Below are positions 1-7,877 of a DNA stretch of 20,000 bases, piece after piece. The first letter of the stretch is position 1, and each line of letters begins with the position of its first letter. The notes under the pieces were generated by a model, which was given only the letters and a program-made list of their open reading frames with translations, was not told the origin of the DNA and searched no databases. Source of the stretch: an uncultured virus (IMG/VR IMGVR_UViG_3300043427_002950) (lineage: Duplodnaviria; Heunggongvirae; Uroviricota; Caudoviricetes); IMG/VR virus record IMGVR_UViG_3300043427_002950, positions 107,877 through 127,876 of that record; one strand, written 5' to 3'. The position numbers and the translations under genes are program-made.

Positions 1-1
1 C

Positions 2-922
2 GATTTTGTAATTGGTTTTATTGATAAAGGATGGCAAGTTGTTTTTGAAAAGGGCAATTATAACGTCAACGATAAGGTTACTTTCATTCCTTCTGGTTCC
101 TGGGTTCCAGATGAATTACTTCCAATTATTGATGCTCAGAAATATAAGGGTGTCAAGGGTGGATATCTTACTGTCATGAAACGTGGTGGACATATTTCAG
201 AGGGAATTGTTTTAGACGCAGACAAATATAACGACAATTTGGAAGTTCGTATTTGGGAAAGAGACCTTCCCGAAGAATTTGAATGTAAAGACTATCGAAC
301 ATATCCATCTTTTATTCCAAAAATTGAGTATTCATATGCTCAAGATATTGCGGAATCAATATTCACTGATCATTATTCAGAATCATTTGAAATTACTCCA
401 AGACTTGATGGAGTTGAAATGACTGTTTATGTTAAGAATGGAAGATTTGGTTTGTGCTCAGAGAAATATGATATTACTGAAACAACAGATAATGCATTCT
501 GGAAGTTTGCAAGACAACTGAATCTGATTGATCCAATGATTAACTATCGTGATCAGTATGCAATTCATGGAACAATCGTTGGTGAAGGAATTTACTCAAA
601 TCATGAACGAGTGTATGGTGAAAGGAAGTTCTACATTCACGACATTTACGACATTGAAAAGTCCGCTTTTTCTACATCGAAAGAAAGATATCAGATATTT
701 TCCGACCTTGCAGAGTATTGTAAATTTGATCATGTAGGCATTTTTAAACACTCTATGCCTCTGTTTGAAGTTGCATCAAACATTAGAGAACTGGTTAATT
801 ATGCAAATGGTCCTTCAATGTCACCATTGACAAAAAGAAAGGGTTTGATCTTCAAGTCAAATGATTCTGACTTTAAATTTAAAGTAAAGTCGAATAACTT
901 CTGCATAGCCAATAAATTATGA
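2..922 (+). CDS. RNA ligase homolog (Rnl2/DRB0094-like), 5'-truncated, probably catalytically degenerate
   Basis: The frame is open from nt 2 (DFVIGFIDKGWQVVFEKGNY...SWVP), upstream of the ORF-track start at 176. Family-like segments are GWQVV, SEGIVL, YPSFIPK, TPRLDG, FYIHDIYD, RKGLIFK and FKVKSN. Confidence 0.75.
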   Translation, partial: DFVIGFIDKGWQVVFEKGNYNVNDKVTFIPSGSWVPDELLPIIDAQKYKGVKGGYLTVMKRGGHISEGIVLDADKYNDNLEVRIWERDLPEEFECKDYRTYPSFIPKIEYSYAQDIAESIFTDHYSESFEITPRLDGVEMTVYVKNGRFGLCSEKYDITETTDNAFWKFARQLNLIDPMINYRDQYAIHGTIVGEGIYSNHERVYGERKFYIHDIYDIEKSAFSTSKERYQIFSDLAEYCKFDHVGIFKHSMPLFEVASNIRELVNYANGPSMSPLTKRKGLIFKSNDSDFKFKVKSNNFCIANKL

Positions 923-1779
923 AAACACTTGTTATTTTAATCGGCACACCGAGAGGAAACGAGGTGGTTTGGAAGAGCATGTATGATCATCTTCTTAAAC
1001 CATATAAAGCTCATCTTGCATTATGTTTTGAGCAGCAGGAAGATAAAACTTCATCCTTATATTCTAAGGCCAAATATCTTTGGGAAGTTCCAAAATATGA
1101 TAACTGGGAACAGTATTATTTGGACAATGAAATTGAAGGTAATTGGAGGGAGATTTATGAGTGGTGTGAATATGAAGGAAATAACATTGGGTTTTCTGGA
1201 ATCGGCAAATCAAAGGGATTTGGTTCTGGTGCAATCTTAGTTGCATTTAGGCATTATCTTTTAAATAACCATTTGGATACGATTCGGAAGTATGATCGTA
1301 TTATTCTGACTCGATCTGATTACTTTTATTTGTTTGATCAACCAATTCTTGATAATGAATATTATTGGGTTCCGAAAGGTGAAACCTATGGTGGAATTAC
1401 TGATAGATTTCAACAGTTCCCATCAAAATTTGCAGAGGAAGCATTAAATATCATGCACTATGTCTGCTCACCACAGATACTGCATGATTTCAAATATACT
1501 CAACGATTAATTAATATTGAAAGAGTAATTGCCAGATACTTTGATTCTATATCATTTGATTATTCAAATCGAATTAAAACATTCAATAGATCAAATGTTT
1601 TGGTAATGACAGAACAAGATGATACCACAGGTAGTTCTCAAAGAGTTTGGCTTAGAGGTGGAAAATGGCCAATTCCAGGAATGGAAGGAATTCACGTTAA
1701 ATATATTGATGAATGGCATCATGCTTTGCAAAATAGTTTTGTACACTATGTTGCGAACAAGTATAAGGACATGTTATAA
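919..1779 (+). CDS. putative glycosyltransferase-like protein
   Basis: 286 aa with an ATGA overlap to the upstream gene. It has an N-terminal hydrophobic strand (LVILIG), YDRIILTRSDY and GGITDRF, resembling phage/NCLDV GT-like hypotheticals. Confidence 0.45.
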   Translation: MKTLVILIGTPRGNEVVWKSMYDHLLKPYKAHLALCFEQQEDKTSSLYSKAKYLWEVPKYDNWEQYYLDNEIEGNWREIYEWCEYEGNNIGFSGIGKSKGFGSGAILVAFRHYLLNNHLDTIRKYDRIILTRSDYFYLFDQPILDNEYYWVPKGETYGGITDRFQQFPSKFAEEALNIMHYVCSPQILHDFKYTQRLINIERVIARYFDSISFDYSNRIKTFNRSNVLVMTEQDDTTGSSQRVWLRGGKWPIPGMEGIHVKYIDEWHHALQNSFVHYVANKYKDML

Positions 1780-1780
1780 T
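1751..1780 (+). promoter_or_regulatory. sigma70-like promoter
   Basis: TTGCGA (1751-1756), 18-bp spacer, TATAAT (1775-1780) with an extended TG. AGGAGG RBS precedes ATG 1803. Confidence 0.6.
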
Positions 1781-1802
1781 TAAATTGTGTATAGGAGGAT
1801 TT

Positions 1803-2039
1803 ATGAGTCGTACTCATCGAAAAGACATCTACCATCCAGGTGCATTGCGTCACCCACAAACTACAAATGAAAAGTCACAGTTAGATGAAATTCTGAATGA
1901 TCCAGAACTGGATGAATATCCAGTAGATAAGAAGAATCGTATGCAGTCCCGTAGAGGGGAATCTGGAAAACTGCCTACTGCTTATGATGATATGGTAGTT
2001 TCTGCATATTACGAAACAGATCATGGCAAGGGAAGTTAA
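1803..2039 (+). CDS. hypothetical protein (78 aa, MSRTHRK...)
   Basis: AGGAGG just upstream of ATG 1803, so the start is moved from the ORF-track 1785. Confidence 0.75.
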   Translation: MSRTHRKDIYHPGALRHPQTTNEKSQLDEILNDPELDEYPVDKKNRMQSRRGESGKLPTAYDDMVVSAYYETDHGKGS

Positions 2040-2196
2040 GTTAGAGTTAGGTCCAGATATACAAGAAGATTACGAATCTTGGGTTGAATGTTGTCGGTCA
2101 CTTGATAGACCGATCAACATCAACTCTTTTTTATCTTATATCGATTACTTTGGGACCTATACAAATCCTAAAGATCCTGCTACAATGGATGAGTAA
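2023..2196 (+). CDS. hypothetical protein (57 aa, MAREVKLELGPDIQEDYESW...)
   Basis: Hand-translated ORF below the track cutoff. It fills the gap between neighbouring genes. Confidence 0.7.
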   Translation: MAREVKLELGPDIQEDYESWVECCRSLDRPININSFLSYIDYFGTYTNPKDPATMDE

Positions 2197-2210
2197 TTTG
2201 GATTTATATT

Positions 2211-2396
2211 ATGTCACGAGCTCCTGATGGTGAACTAATTAGTGATAAGCATAATCGAGCAGTCGAAATGTTCAGACAGAGAATTCTGCATGATGAAGAA
2301 TTGGAATCTTATGCACATGAACAGCACTGCTATCACGAATGCATGAATATCCGTGAGCATCTACTGCAGATTATTGATGGTCTGTACTGGGTGTAG
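2211..2396 (+). CDS. hypothetical protein (61 aa)
   Basis: ORF track. It ends where the palindrome/promoter element begins. Confidence 0.7.
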   Translation: MSRAPDGELISDKHNRAVEMFRQRILHDEELESYAHEQHCYHECMNIREHLLQIIDGLYWV

Positions 2397-2454
2397 GACA
2401 CTTTCTAAACTGGCACAAGGGTGGTTGCACTGCCCCCTTCCCCCATGGTATATT
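2396..2454 (+). promoter_or_regulatory. early promoter with 8-4-8 palindrome (copy 1)
   Basis: GGACACTT-TCTA-AACTGGCA (2396-2415), TTGCAC (2425-2430), 18-bp spacer, TATATT (2449-2454). Confidence 0.75.
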
Positions 2455-2485
2455 ACTTAGGTAAACAAACGGAGGTCTTCCCCCC

Positions 2486-2668
2486 ATGCAAATTTCCCAA
2501 CAAGTTCTGGAAACCATCACCGATCCTACCGTGGATCGTCAAACTGCCCGTGAGCAACTGATTGCCCTGTCCATTCTGAATGGTGGTCGCAAACTGCGTT
2601 CTGCTCGCAAGGCAAGTGTCGTTCGTCTTGCTCAGTGGGCAAGTGGCACCCCTGCTGCTATTTCCTGA
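2486..2668 (+). CDS. small early hypothetical protein (60 aa)
   Basis: Directly downstream of the promoter, with GGAGG upstream. Confidence 0.75.
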   Translation: MQISQQVLETITDPTVDRQTAREQLIALSILNGGRKLRSARKASVVRLAQWASGTPAAIS

Positions 2669-2677
2669 CGTTTGAGA

Positions 2678-2713
2678 GGGAGGGGTTGACACTCCTCCCA
2701 ATCATCCTATAAT
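2678..2713 (+). promoter_or_regulatory. consensus sigma70 promoter with -35 inside an inverted repeat
   Basis: GGGAGGGG-TTGACA-CTCCTCCC. TTGACA is at 2686-2691, followed by a 16-bp spacer and TATAAT at 2708-2713. Confidence 0.85.
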
Positions 2714-2736
2714 ACCACCGAACAACTTCTTCATTC

Positions 2737-3105
2737 ATGACTGCAACACCCACTGTTCACAAGATCCCTTCTCACGTCAAAACTTTCAGGGCAGATGGCA
2801 AGTATGTTATGCCTTGGACAGTCGCAGAATTCCAAGCAGCAGTAAAATGCTATCTGATGATTGGTGGATTCTCTGAGCGTGATAACGACCTGAGATTCGG
2901 TTATTTCGCACAGGCAATTCGCAACATTAACCCCAAACGCAGTGATGACTCCATTTATATGGTGTTCTTCAACATTGCACGATGCGATAAGAAAGTTCTG
3001 GAAATGAACTACTATAATCTTTACGGTGGAAACAGCAATCTTCTCATGTCTGTTTTGAAGAAAATGGATCCAAACGAAGTTCGTTTTACTCAAAACCCAG
3101 CATGA
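2737..3105 (+). CDS. early hypothetical protein (122 aa)
   Basis: ORF track. First gene after the consensus promoter. Confidence 0.8.
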   Translation: MTATPTVHKIPSHVKTFRADGKYVMPWTVAEFQAAVKCYLMIGGFSERDNDLRFGYFAQAIRNINPKRSDDSIYMVFFNIARCDKKVLEMNYYNLYGGNSNLLMSVLKKMDPNEVRFTQNPA

Positions 3106-3248
3106 CGTTTCTGCTCTTTTATCTTGGTGGGTTGGCAACAGCCCTCCTCTTCAACTATGCTATCCACAGTCCCAATAAGAAATGGGAGGAAGTGGAGAAA
3201 AAACTGAATATTCTTGAAGATAATCTTTATCGTAATTCAGGTCATTAA
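3102..3248 (+). CDS. small membrane-anchored protein (48 aa, MTFLLFYLGGLATALLFNYAIH...)
   Basis: Hand-translated, with an ATGA overlap, a hydrophobic N-terminus and a charged tail. Confidence 0.7.
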   Translation: MTFLLFYLGGLATALLFNYAIHSPNKKWEEVEKKLNILEDNLYRNSGH

Positions 3249-3250
3249 CT

Positions 3251-3376
3251 ATGGTTACTACTATTATGGCAGCATTTGCCTTCGGTTATTGTGTTGCTGA
3301 TATTATCATCGGCATTTACAATAAAAAACGTGACAAAGAACTTTTGGAACAAATTCTTGCTGAATCTAAACGATGA
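3251..3376 (+). CDS. small membrane-anchored protein (41 aa, MVTTIMAAFAFGYCVADIIIGIY...)
   Basis: Hand-translated. Its stop overlaps ATG 3373. Confidence 0.7.
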   Translation: MVTTIMAAFAFGYCVADIIIGIYNKKRDKELLEQILAESKR

Positions 3377-3798
3377 CTAAAGTTGTCTACAATGCCTGCT
3401 ATGGTGGGTTCGGTCTGTCCCGTGAAGCATGTAAGCGTTATTGGGAACTTCAAGAAAAAGAAGTTTGGATTGAGGAAGACCCTAAATTCAAATCTCTGGA
3501 TGTATTCACCGTTTGGTTGGTTCCACCCGAAGAACGTGTTGAACAAAAAAATTGGCATTCTATGTCTCTTACTGAACGTCTTGCTTACAATAAAAAGCAT
3601 TCTGAACAAACTTGGTATGACCGTAATGTTTCCCGTCACGATCCTATTCTTGTTCAAGTTGTAGAAGAACTGGGTGCCAAAGCAAATAGTGATTATGCTA
3701 ACCTTACTATTCAAGAGGTCTCTGGTGCCTATCGTATTGATGAGTATGATGGGTATGAGAGTGTTATTGAATCTTATGACGATTGGATTACTCCCTGA
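3373..3798 (+). CDS. conserved phage hypothetical protein
   Basis: Motifs KVVYNACYGGFGLS, RHDPILVQVVEELG and YRIDEYDGYESV, which I recognise from a widespread phage family. Confidence 0.85.
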   Translation: MTKVVYNACYGGFGLSREACKRYWELQEKEVWIEEDPKFKSLDVFTVWLVPPEERVEQKNWHSMSLTERLAYNKKHSEQTWYDRNVSRHDPILVQVVEELGAKANSDYANLTIQEVSGAYRIDEYDGYESVIESYDDWITP

Positions 3799-3820
3799 AC
3801 TTTATTAAAGGTAAAAAATT

Positions 3821-4228
3821 ATGAAACAACAAAACGGATTTATTGACCCTGCCATTGCTCTCATTGCTGTTGGTGTTGTGGTAGTTGGTGGTCTCATCTT
3901 TATCGGTGGTCCACAATATAATGTGTGGCAACAATCTCTTGCTGGTAAGGCAGAACTTCAGAAAGCAGAATATACTCGTCAGGTAGCAGTGTTGGAAGCA
4001 CAAGCAAAGAAAGATAGTGCTCAACAACTAGCTGATGCTGAGATTATTCGTGCTACTGGTGTTGCCAAAGCAAACCAAATCATTGGTGATTCGCTGAAAG
4101 ATAATCGTGAGTATCTTCAGTATCTGTATATCACTGGACTGGAAGAAGGATCTAACAAAGGTAATGTGACCATCTATGTGCCTACTGAGGGTGGTATGCC
4201 TGTTCCCACACTACAGATGAATAAGTGA
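3821..4228 (+). CDS. membrane protein with coiled coil (SPFH/band-7 C-terminal-like)
   Basis: N-terminal transmembrane segment, an AEA-rich coiled coil (AVLEAQAK, ADAEIIRATGVAKANQII) and C-terminal IYVPTEGGMP. Confidence 0.6.
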   Translation: MKQQNGFIDPAIALIAVGVVVVGGLIFIGGPQYNVWQQSLAGKAELQKAEYTRQVAVLEAQAKKDSAQQLADAEIIRATGVAKANQIIGDSLKDNREYLQYLYITGLEEGSNKGNVTIYVPTEGGMPVPTLQMNK

Positions 4229-4545
4229 TTATGTGTAACGACGACATTCTTTACAATTCCTTTATGGAGGATGATGTGATTAAGATTACTGGTCCTGAGG
4301 AAATTGATCCAAGCAAAGACACTTATCCTCATAACTATGCAAAGACATCTTACAATCATGCAAGGAAAGAACGACTTGATGATGTTGTCTTTGATTACAT
4401 TTCTGATGAAAATGTTGATGCAAATCAATTCTATAAAGAGTTGAAAGAATCAATTCAAGAGTGTGTTGATTATTTTGAAAAATTTTCAAAAAAGTCAAGC
4501 AGTATGCTTGAACTTGTGACAAAAAATAAAGTTGAACTTTTTTGA
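4225..4545 (+). CDS. hypothetical protein (acidic)
   Basis: ORF track, ending just before a terminator. The true start could be 4231 or 4264. Confidence 0.75.
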   Translation: MIMCNDDILYNSFMEDDVIKITGPEEIDPSKDTYPHNYAKTSYNHARKERLDDVVFDYISDENVDANQFYKELKESIQECVDYFEKFSKKSSSMLELVTKNKVELF

Positions 4546-4548
4546 TTT

Positions 4549-4573
4549 GAGGGGCAATGCCCCTCTTTTTTTT
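4549..4573 (+). terminator. intrinsic terminator
   Basis: GAGGGGC-AAT-GCCCCTC followed by T8. Confidence 0.9.
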
Positions 4574-4580
4574 ATAAATA
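4573..4580 (+). promoter_or_regulatory. T4-type late promoter TATAAATA
   Basis: Exact T4 gp55 consensus in intergenic DNA, 20 nt before ATG 4601. Confidence 0.85.
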
Positions 4581-4600
4581 ATCAAAAAGTAATTAGAAAA

Positions 4601-5506
4601 ATGCCTAATATCACTGGAAAAGATGCTTTTGAGCTGTTCCAAGCATATCAAGATGTTTATGCTTCACAAGAAGTGGATGAAGCAACCGCAATGGCAAAAC
4701 GTGGACTGGATGAACCAGCAATTCGTCAAAAGATTGCCAAAAACACTGGTGGTGGTCAGGCAGCAGATCGTGCAACTGCTCTGGCAGACAAGCAGACCTA
4801 TGGACAAAGTGGTGTAGATCCTAAGGCAAGGCAACAACTTGCTGCAAAGCAGAGAGGTGACTTCCGCAACACCACATCCTCCAACCCAGGATTGCATGGT
4901 TACGCACACAAGGCAGAAACTCCTGCAGATAAAGCAAAGCAGGCAGCAAGAGGAGCACAGAGAGGTGCATTGACTCCAGCAGAAAGACAGAAACTCAACA
5001 TGGGTTATGAGATGGAAGGTGAAATGTCGGAAGCAACTTATAGAACAACTGCATCAGGTAACAGAGTTCGTTGGGACGAAGATGATGCAATTGATAATGC
5101 AGTGTCTGATAGATTGCAAAGACAAAGAGAAGCAGCAGCAAAGAAAACAGCACAAGCAAGAATGAAAGCAAAGGGCACTGTTCCCACAAAGAATGGTAAG
5201 CCTGTTTTTGAAGAAGTTGTTGAGTATTTGTATGTTGAGGGATATGCTGATAGTATTGAAGCAGCAGAACTGATTGCAGAACACGCTGGTGAAGAATGGA
5301 TTGATATCATTCTTGAAAAAGATGAGACCGAAATTGGAATTGCTGGCCTCCCAATTCCAAAGAAAAAAATGTCTCCAGCAAAAAGACATGAGTTTGAAAA
5401 GAAGAGAAGAGAAAATCTAAAAAAGCAACCAGGACAAGCAGGAGATAGCAAAATGATTCAGGCACTCCGCAAAAAAGCACAAGATTCTGGCAATTATGCC
5501 AACTGA
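4601..5506 (+). CDS. late basic protein, putative head-internal protein
   Basis: Start moved to ATG 4601, after the late promoter. K/R/A/Q-rich blocks are separated by acidic E-motifs (EVDEA, EMSEA, YLYVEGYADSIEAAELIAEHAGEEWIDIILEK). Confidence 0.65.
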   Translation: MPNITGKDAFELFQAYQDVYASQEVDEATAMAKRGLDEPAIRQKIAKNTGGGQAADRATALADKQTYGQSGVDPKARQQLAAKQRGDFRNTTSSNPGLHGYAHKAETPADKAKQAARGAQRGALTPAERQKLNMGYEMEGEMSEATYRTTASGNRVRWDEDDAIDNAVSDRLQRQREAAAKKTAQARMKAKGTVPTKNGKPVFEEVVEYLYVEGYADSIEAAELIAEHAGEEWIDIILEKDETEIGIAGLPIPKKKMSPAKRHEFEKKRRENLKKQPGQAGDSKMIQALRKKAQDSGNYAN

Positions 5507-5516
5507 GGACATTTCT

Positions 5517-6191
5517 ATGAAAAACTTAACGGAAGTTTATTTTGAAATGTATGGTGATCAGGAACTGAATGAAAATGTGTCTGGAGGAAGAGGAAGACGT
5601 GCAAGTTCACAGCAAGCACCTATTCCTCAAAGAGTTACTGCTGGACAAGCTGCAGAAATTCGTAGAAATGCAAGACAAAAAAATGATCCGATTCCTGAAG
5701 AACCAAAGAAAAAGAAAAAGGAACCTCCAGAACCAACTACTGTTCCATCCAGAGGTGTTGGAGCAGAAGAACCTGCATTGAGAAGAAGAACTCCTGAAGG
5801 TCATAGAAAGAGAGGAGCATCTCCAATGTCTGTTGCTAAGAAAAAGCAGAGACTTCTTTCAACTGGGCAGGATACCACACAAAAATATACATATGCGAGA
5901 ACTCCAACACCTGAAAGTAAAGCAAGAGCAAAAAAAATTAGTGCTGCTTTAAGAAATAGGGAAAACTGGGGATCTAAAAAAGAGTCATTGACCTTTCAAG
6001 ATTTTATGACAATTGCTGAGGCAAAGGTTGATTGGAAGGATAGAGACAAAGAAAATGTGCAAGATAGAATTAATGTGCTGAGGGATAGAAATAGAAGATT
6101 AGAAAGTGATCATCCAGAAGTTGCAAGTGGTAAGTATCAAACTGATTTCAGAAGAAAAAGACACGAAGAATCCAGAGGAAAGAAAAAATGA
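5517..6191 (+). CDS. late basic protein, putative head-internal protein
   Basis: GAGGA precedes ATG 5517. It is highly basic and low-complexity, with ELNE near the N-terminus and an internal LTFQDFMTIAEAK. Confidence 0.65.
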   Translation: MKNLTEVYFEMYGDQELNENVSGGRGRRASSQQAPIPQRVTAGQAAEIRRNARQKNDPIPEEPKKKKKEPPEPTTVPSRGVGAEEPALRRRTPEGHRKRGASPMSVAKKKQRLLSTGQDTTQKYTYARTPTPESKARAKKISAALRNRENWGSKKESLTFQDFMTIAEAKVDWKDRDKENVQDRINVLRDRNRRLESDHPEVASGKYQTDFRRKRHEESRGKKK

Positions 6192-6574
6192 TTACATTTT
6201 CTGAATTCATGCTTTTGGTAGAGAAAAGATATGCTCCAGATGAGAAACTTCCATCTGGAAAAACTCCCGATGAAAAAATGTATAGAAAACGTGCCCAACA
6301 TGGCGCAAGAGTGATGTTGGGTAATCCTGCATTGGGAAGAAATTCTCGTAATGATCCTGAAAGAGATTCTTATCGTGAAAGAGCACATACAATGGATCTT
6401 GTTAAAAAAGCACAAGATGCTAAAGAAGAACCAAGAGATAGTTCAGCATGGAAAAATACCATTGCTGCTCGTCGTCGTCCCCGTGCTTCTTATGAGAAAC
6501 CAAATGAAAGACCTGGCGGTTTGAGAGCAAAAGAAACAAAAGCAGGTGGTTATAGGAAAGTAACAAGAAAATAA
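6188..6574 (+). CDS. late basic protein with N-terminal capsid-targeting-like sequence
   Basis: MITFSEFMLLVE resembles the T4 internal-protein leader MKTYQEFIAE. The rest is R/K-rich. Confidence 0.65.
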   Translation: MITFSEFMLLVEKRYAPDEKLPSGKTPDEKMYRKRAQHGARVMLGNPALGRNSRNDPERDSYRERAHTMDLVKKAQDAKEEPRDSSAWKNTIAARRRPRASYEKPNERPGGLRAKETKAGGYRKVTRK

Positions 6575-6575
6575 T

Positions 6576-7877
6576 ATGGAAGGATTTCCCTTAGAATCAA
6601 GCAATATAATTGAACATTTCACATCAGTTGGATATGGGAAAAAATTTGGAATGCTTAGATTTTCTGGCAATCCTACCAAAAAAAGATTTATAATTGATAA
6701 TTTATATGGATATGAACTTACTAAGGAAAAAAAAGATAAATTTGTAGAATTTTTAATATCCAAAAAATTTGCTATAACAGAAAAAAGATGGAATGGTGAT
6801 ACTTTAACAATAACTGATAATAGAAAAAATACAGTACAAATAATATTTCAAATACCAACAGAATCAAAAACTAATTGGGGAAATACAGTTGAAAGTATTT
6901 TGACAGTTGCTATAGGATGTAGATTTAAACATAAAAACGATAATATAACTCAAGAGCAATATTATGACTTTTTAAACGAATTTAATAAAAAATCAAAATT
7001 AAAAACAACATCCGATAATAAAGATATACCAGATAAAGATAAGTTAACAGTCACTTTATCTCTTACAAAAAGTGATTCTTTGTTTACAAGAACAGATGAG
7101 ACGAAATATAAAACACATGTTAAATCGGCACTTCAATATGTAAATACGTCAAAAGTTAAAGCATGGTCAACATTGATCTATGAGAATAATAGAATAGATG
7201 AAATAACAGTTACTGGAAAGGGGAAACAAGGAGGAAAGGTAGATACTGAAGTTAGATGCACAGGTCAGGATCCAAATGCAAATTTAAAAATAAAATTGGA
7301 TCTTTCGGTAAAAGCTGAGTCTGTGAAACAATTTGGACAAGCAGTTGGATCGGATTTTGATACAACTAACAATTTTTTAAATGGCATTTTTGGTCATCAA
7401 TTTAAATCGGATAAATTAAAATATAATAATTTGATAGTCAATCATAAAGTTGCAGAAGCATTTCAACTTGCATATCAAAAAATAGCGCAAGAAATTAATC
7501 AAAACGGTGTCGATCCAGACATTTTGGTAAAAGGAATTAAACAACATGCTACTGGCGGAAATTCACAAATGAGAATGTTAATCCTTGGACAAGATACTAA
7601 ACTTTTAAATTTTGAAAAACTGCAACAATGGGTTGATGATAATAAATCAACTTGGGATATTGTTAATGAGCAATTTTATGCAGATTATCAATTAACTAAT
7701 AGTGATTTTCCTAAAATTCAAATAAAAATTAAAGGATATGATAATACAAAATCATTATTTCAGGTTAGAGCAAGACAAGATAAATCAACATCAAAAGGTA
7801 ATATAGTCTATAGACATTATATCGAAAAAGGAACTTTGATGAATGAATTACTTGGAGTAGATTTACAGGAAGAGTAA
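6576..7877 (+). CDS. putative PD-(D/E)xK-fold nuclease-like protein (433 aa)
   Basis: Helix GNTVESIL, then GKVD (about 7233-7244) and DLSVK (about 7299-7313), giving an E...D...SxK arrangement. The DNA is AT-rich. Confidence 0.45.
   Translation: MEGFPLESSNIIEHFTSVGYGKKFGMLRFSGNPTKKRFIIDNLYGYELTKEKKDKFVEFLISKKFAITEKRWNGDTLTITDNRKNTVQIIFQIPTESKTNWGNTVESILTVAIGCRFKHKNDNITQEQYYDFLNEFNKKSKLKTTSDNKDIPDKDKLTVTLSLTKSDSLFTRTDETKYKTHVKSALQYVNTSKVKAWSTLIYENNRIDEITVTGKGKQGGKVDTEVRCTGQDPNANLKIKLDLSVKAESVKQFGQAVGSDFDTTNNFLNGIFGHQFKSDKLKYNNLIVNHKVAEAFQLAYQKIAQEINQNGVDPDILVKGIKQHATGGNSQMRMLILGQDTKLLNFEKLQQWVDDNKSTWDIVNEQFYADYQLTNSDFPKIQIKIKGYDNTKSLFQVRARQDKSTSKGNIVYRHYIEKGTLMNELLGVDLQEE

Noticed and set aside
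2396..2415. Palindrome as an NtcA, CRP or Pho box
   Set aside because: It does not fit GTA-N8-TAC, TGTGA-N6-TCACA spacing, or direct-repeat Pho boxes.
4532..4600. N-terminal extension of the 324-aa ORF
   Set aside because: It crosses a terminator and the late promoter, so the start is 4601.
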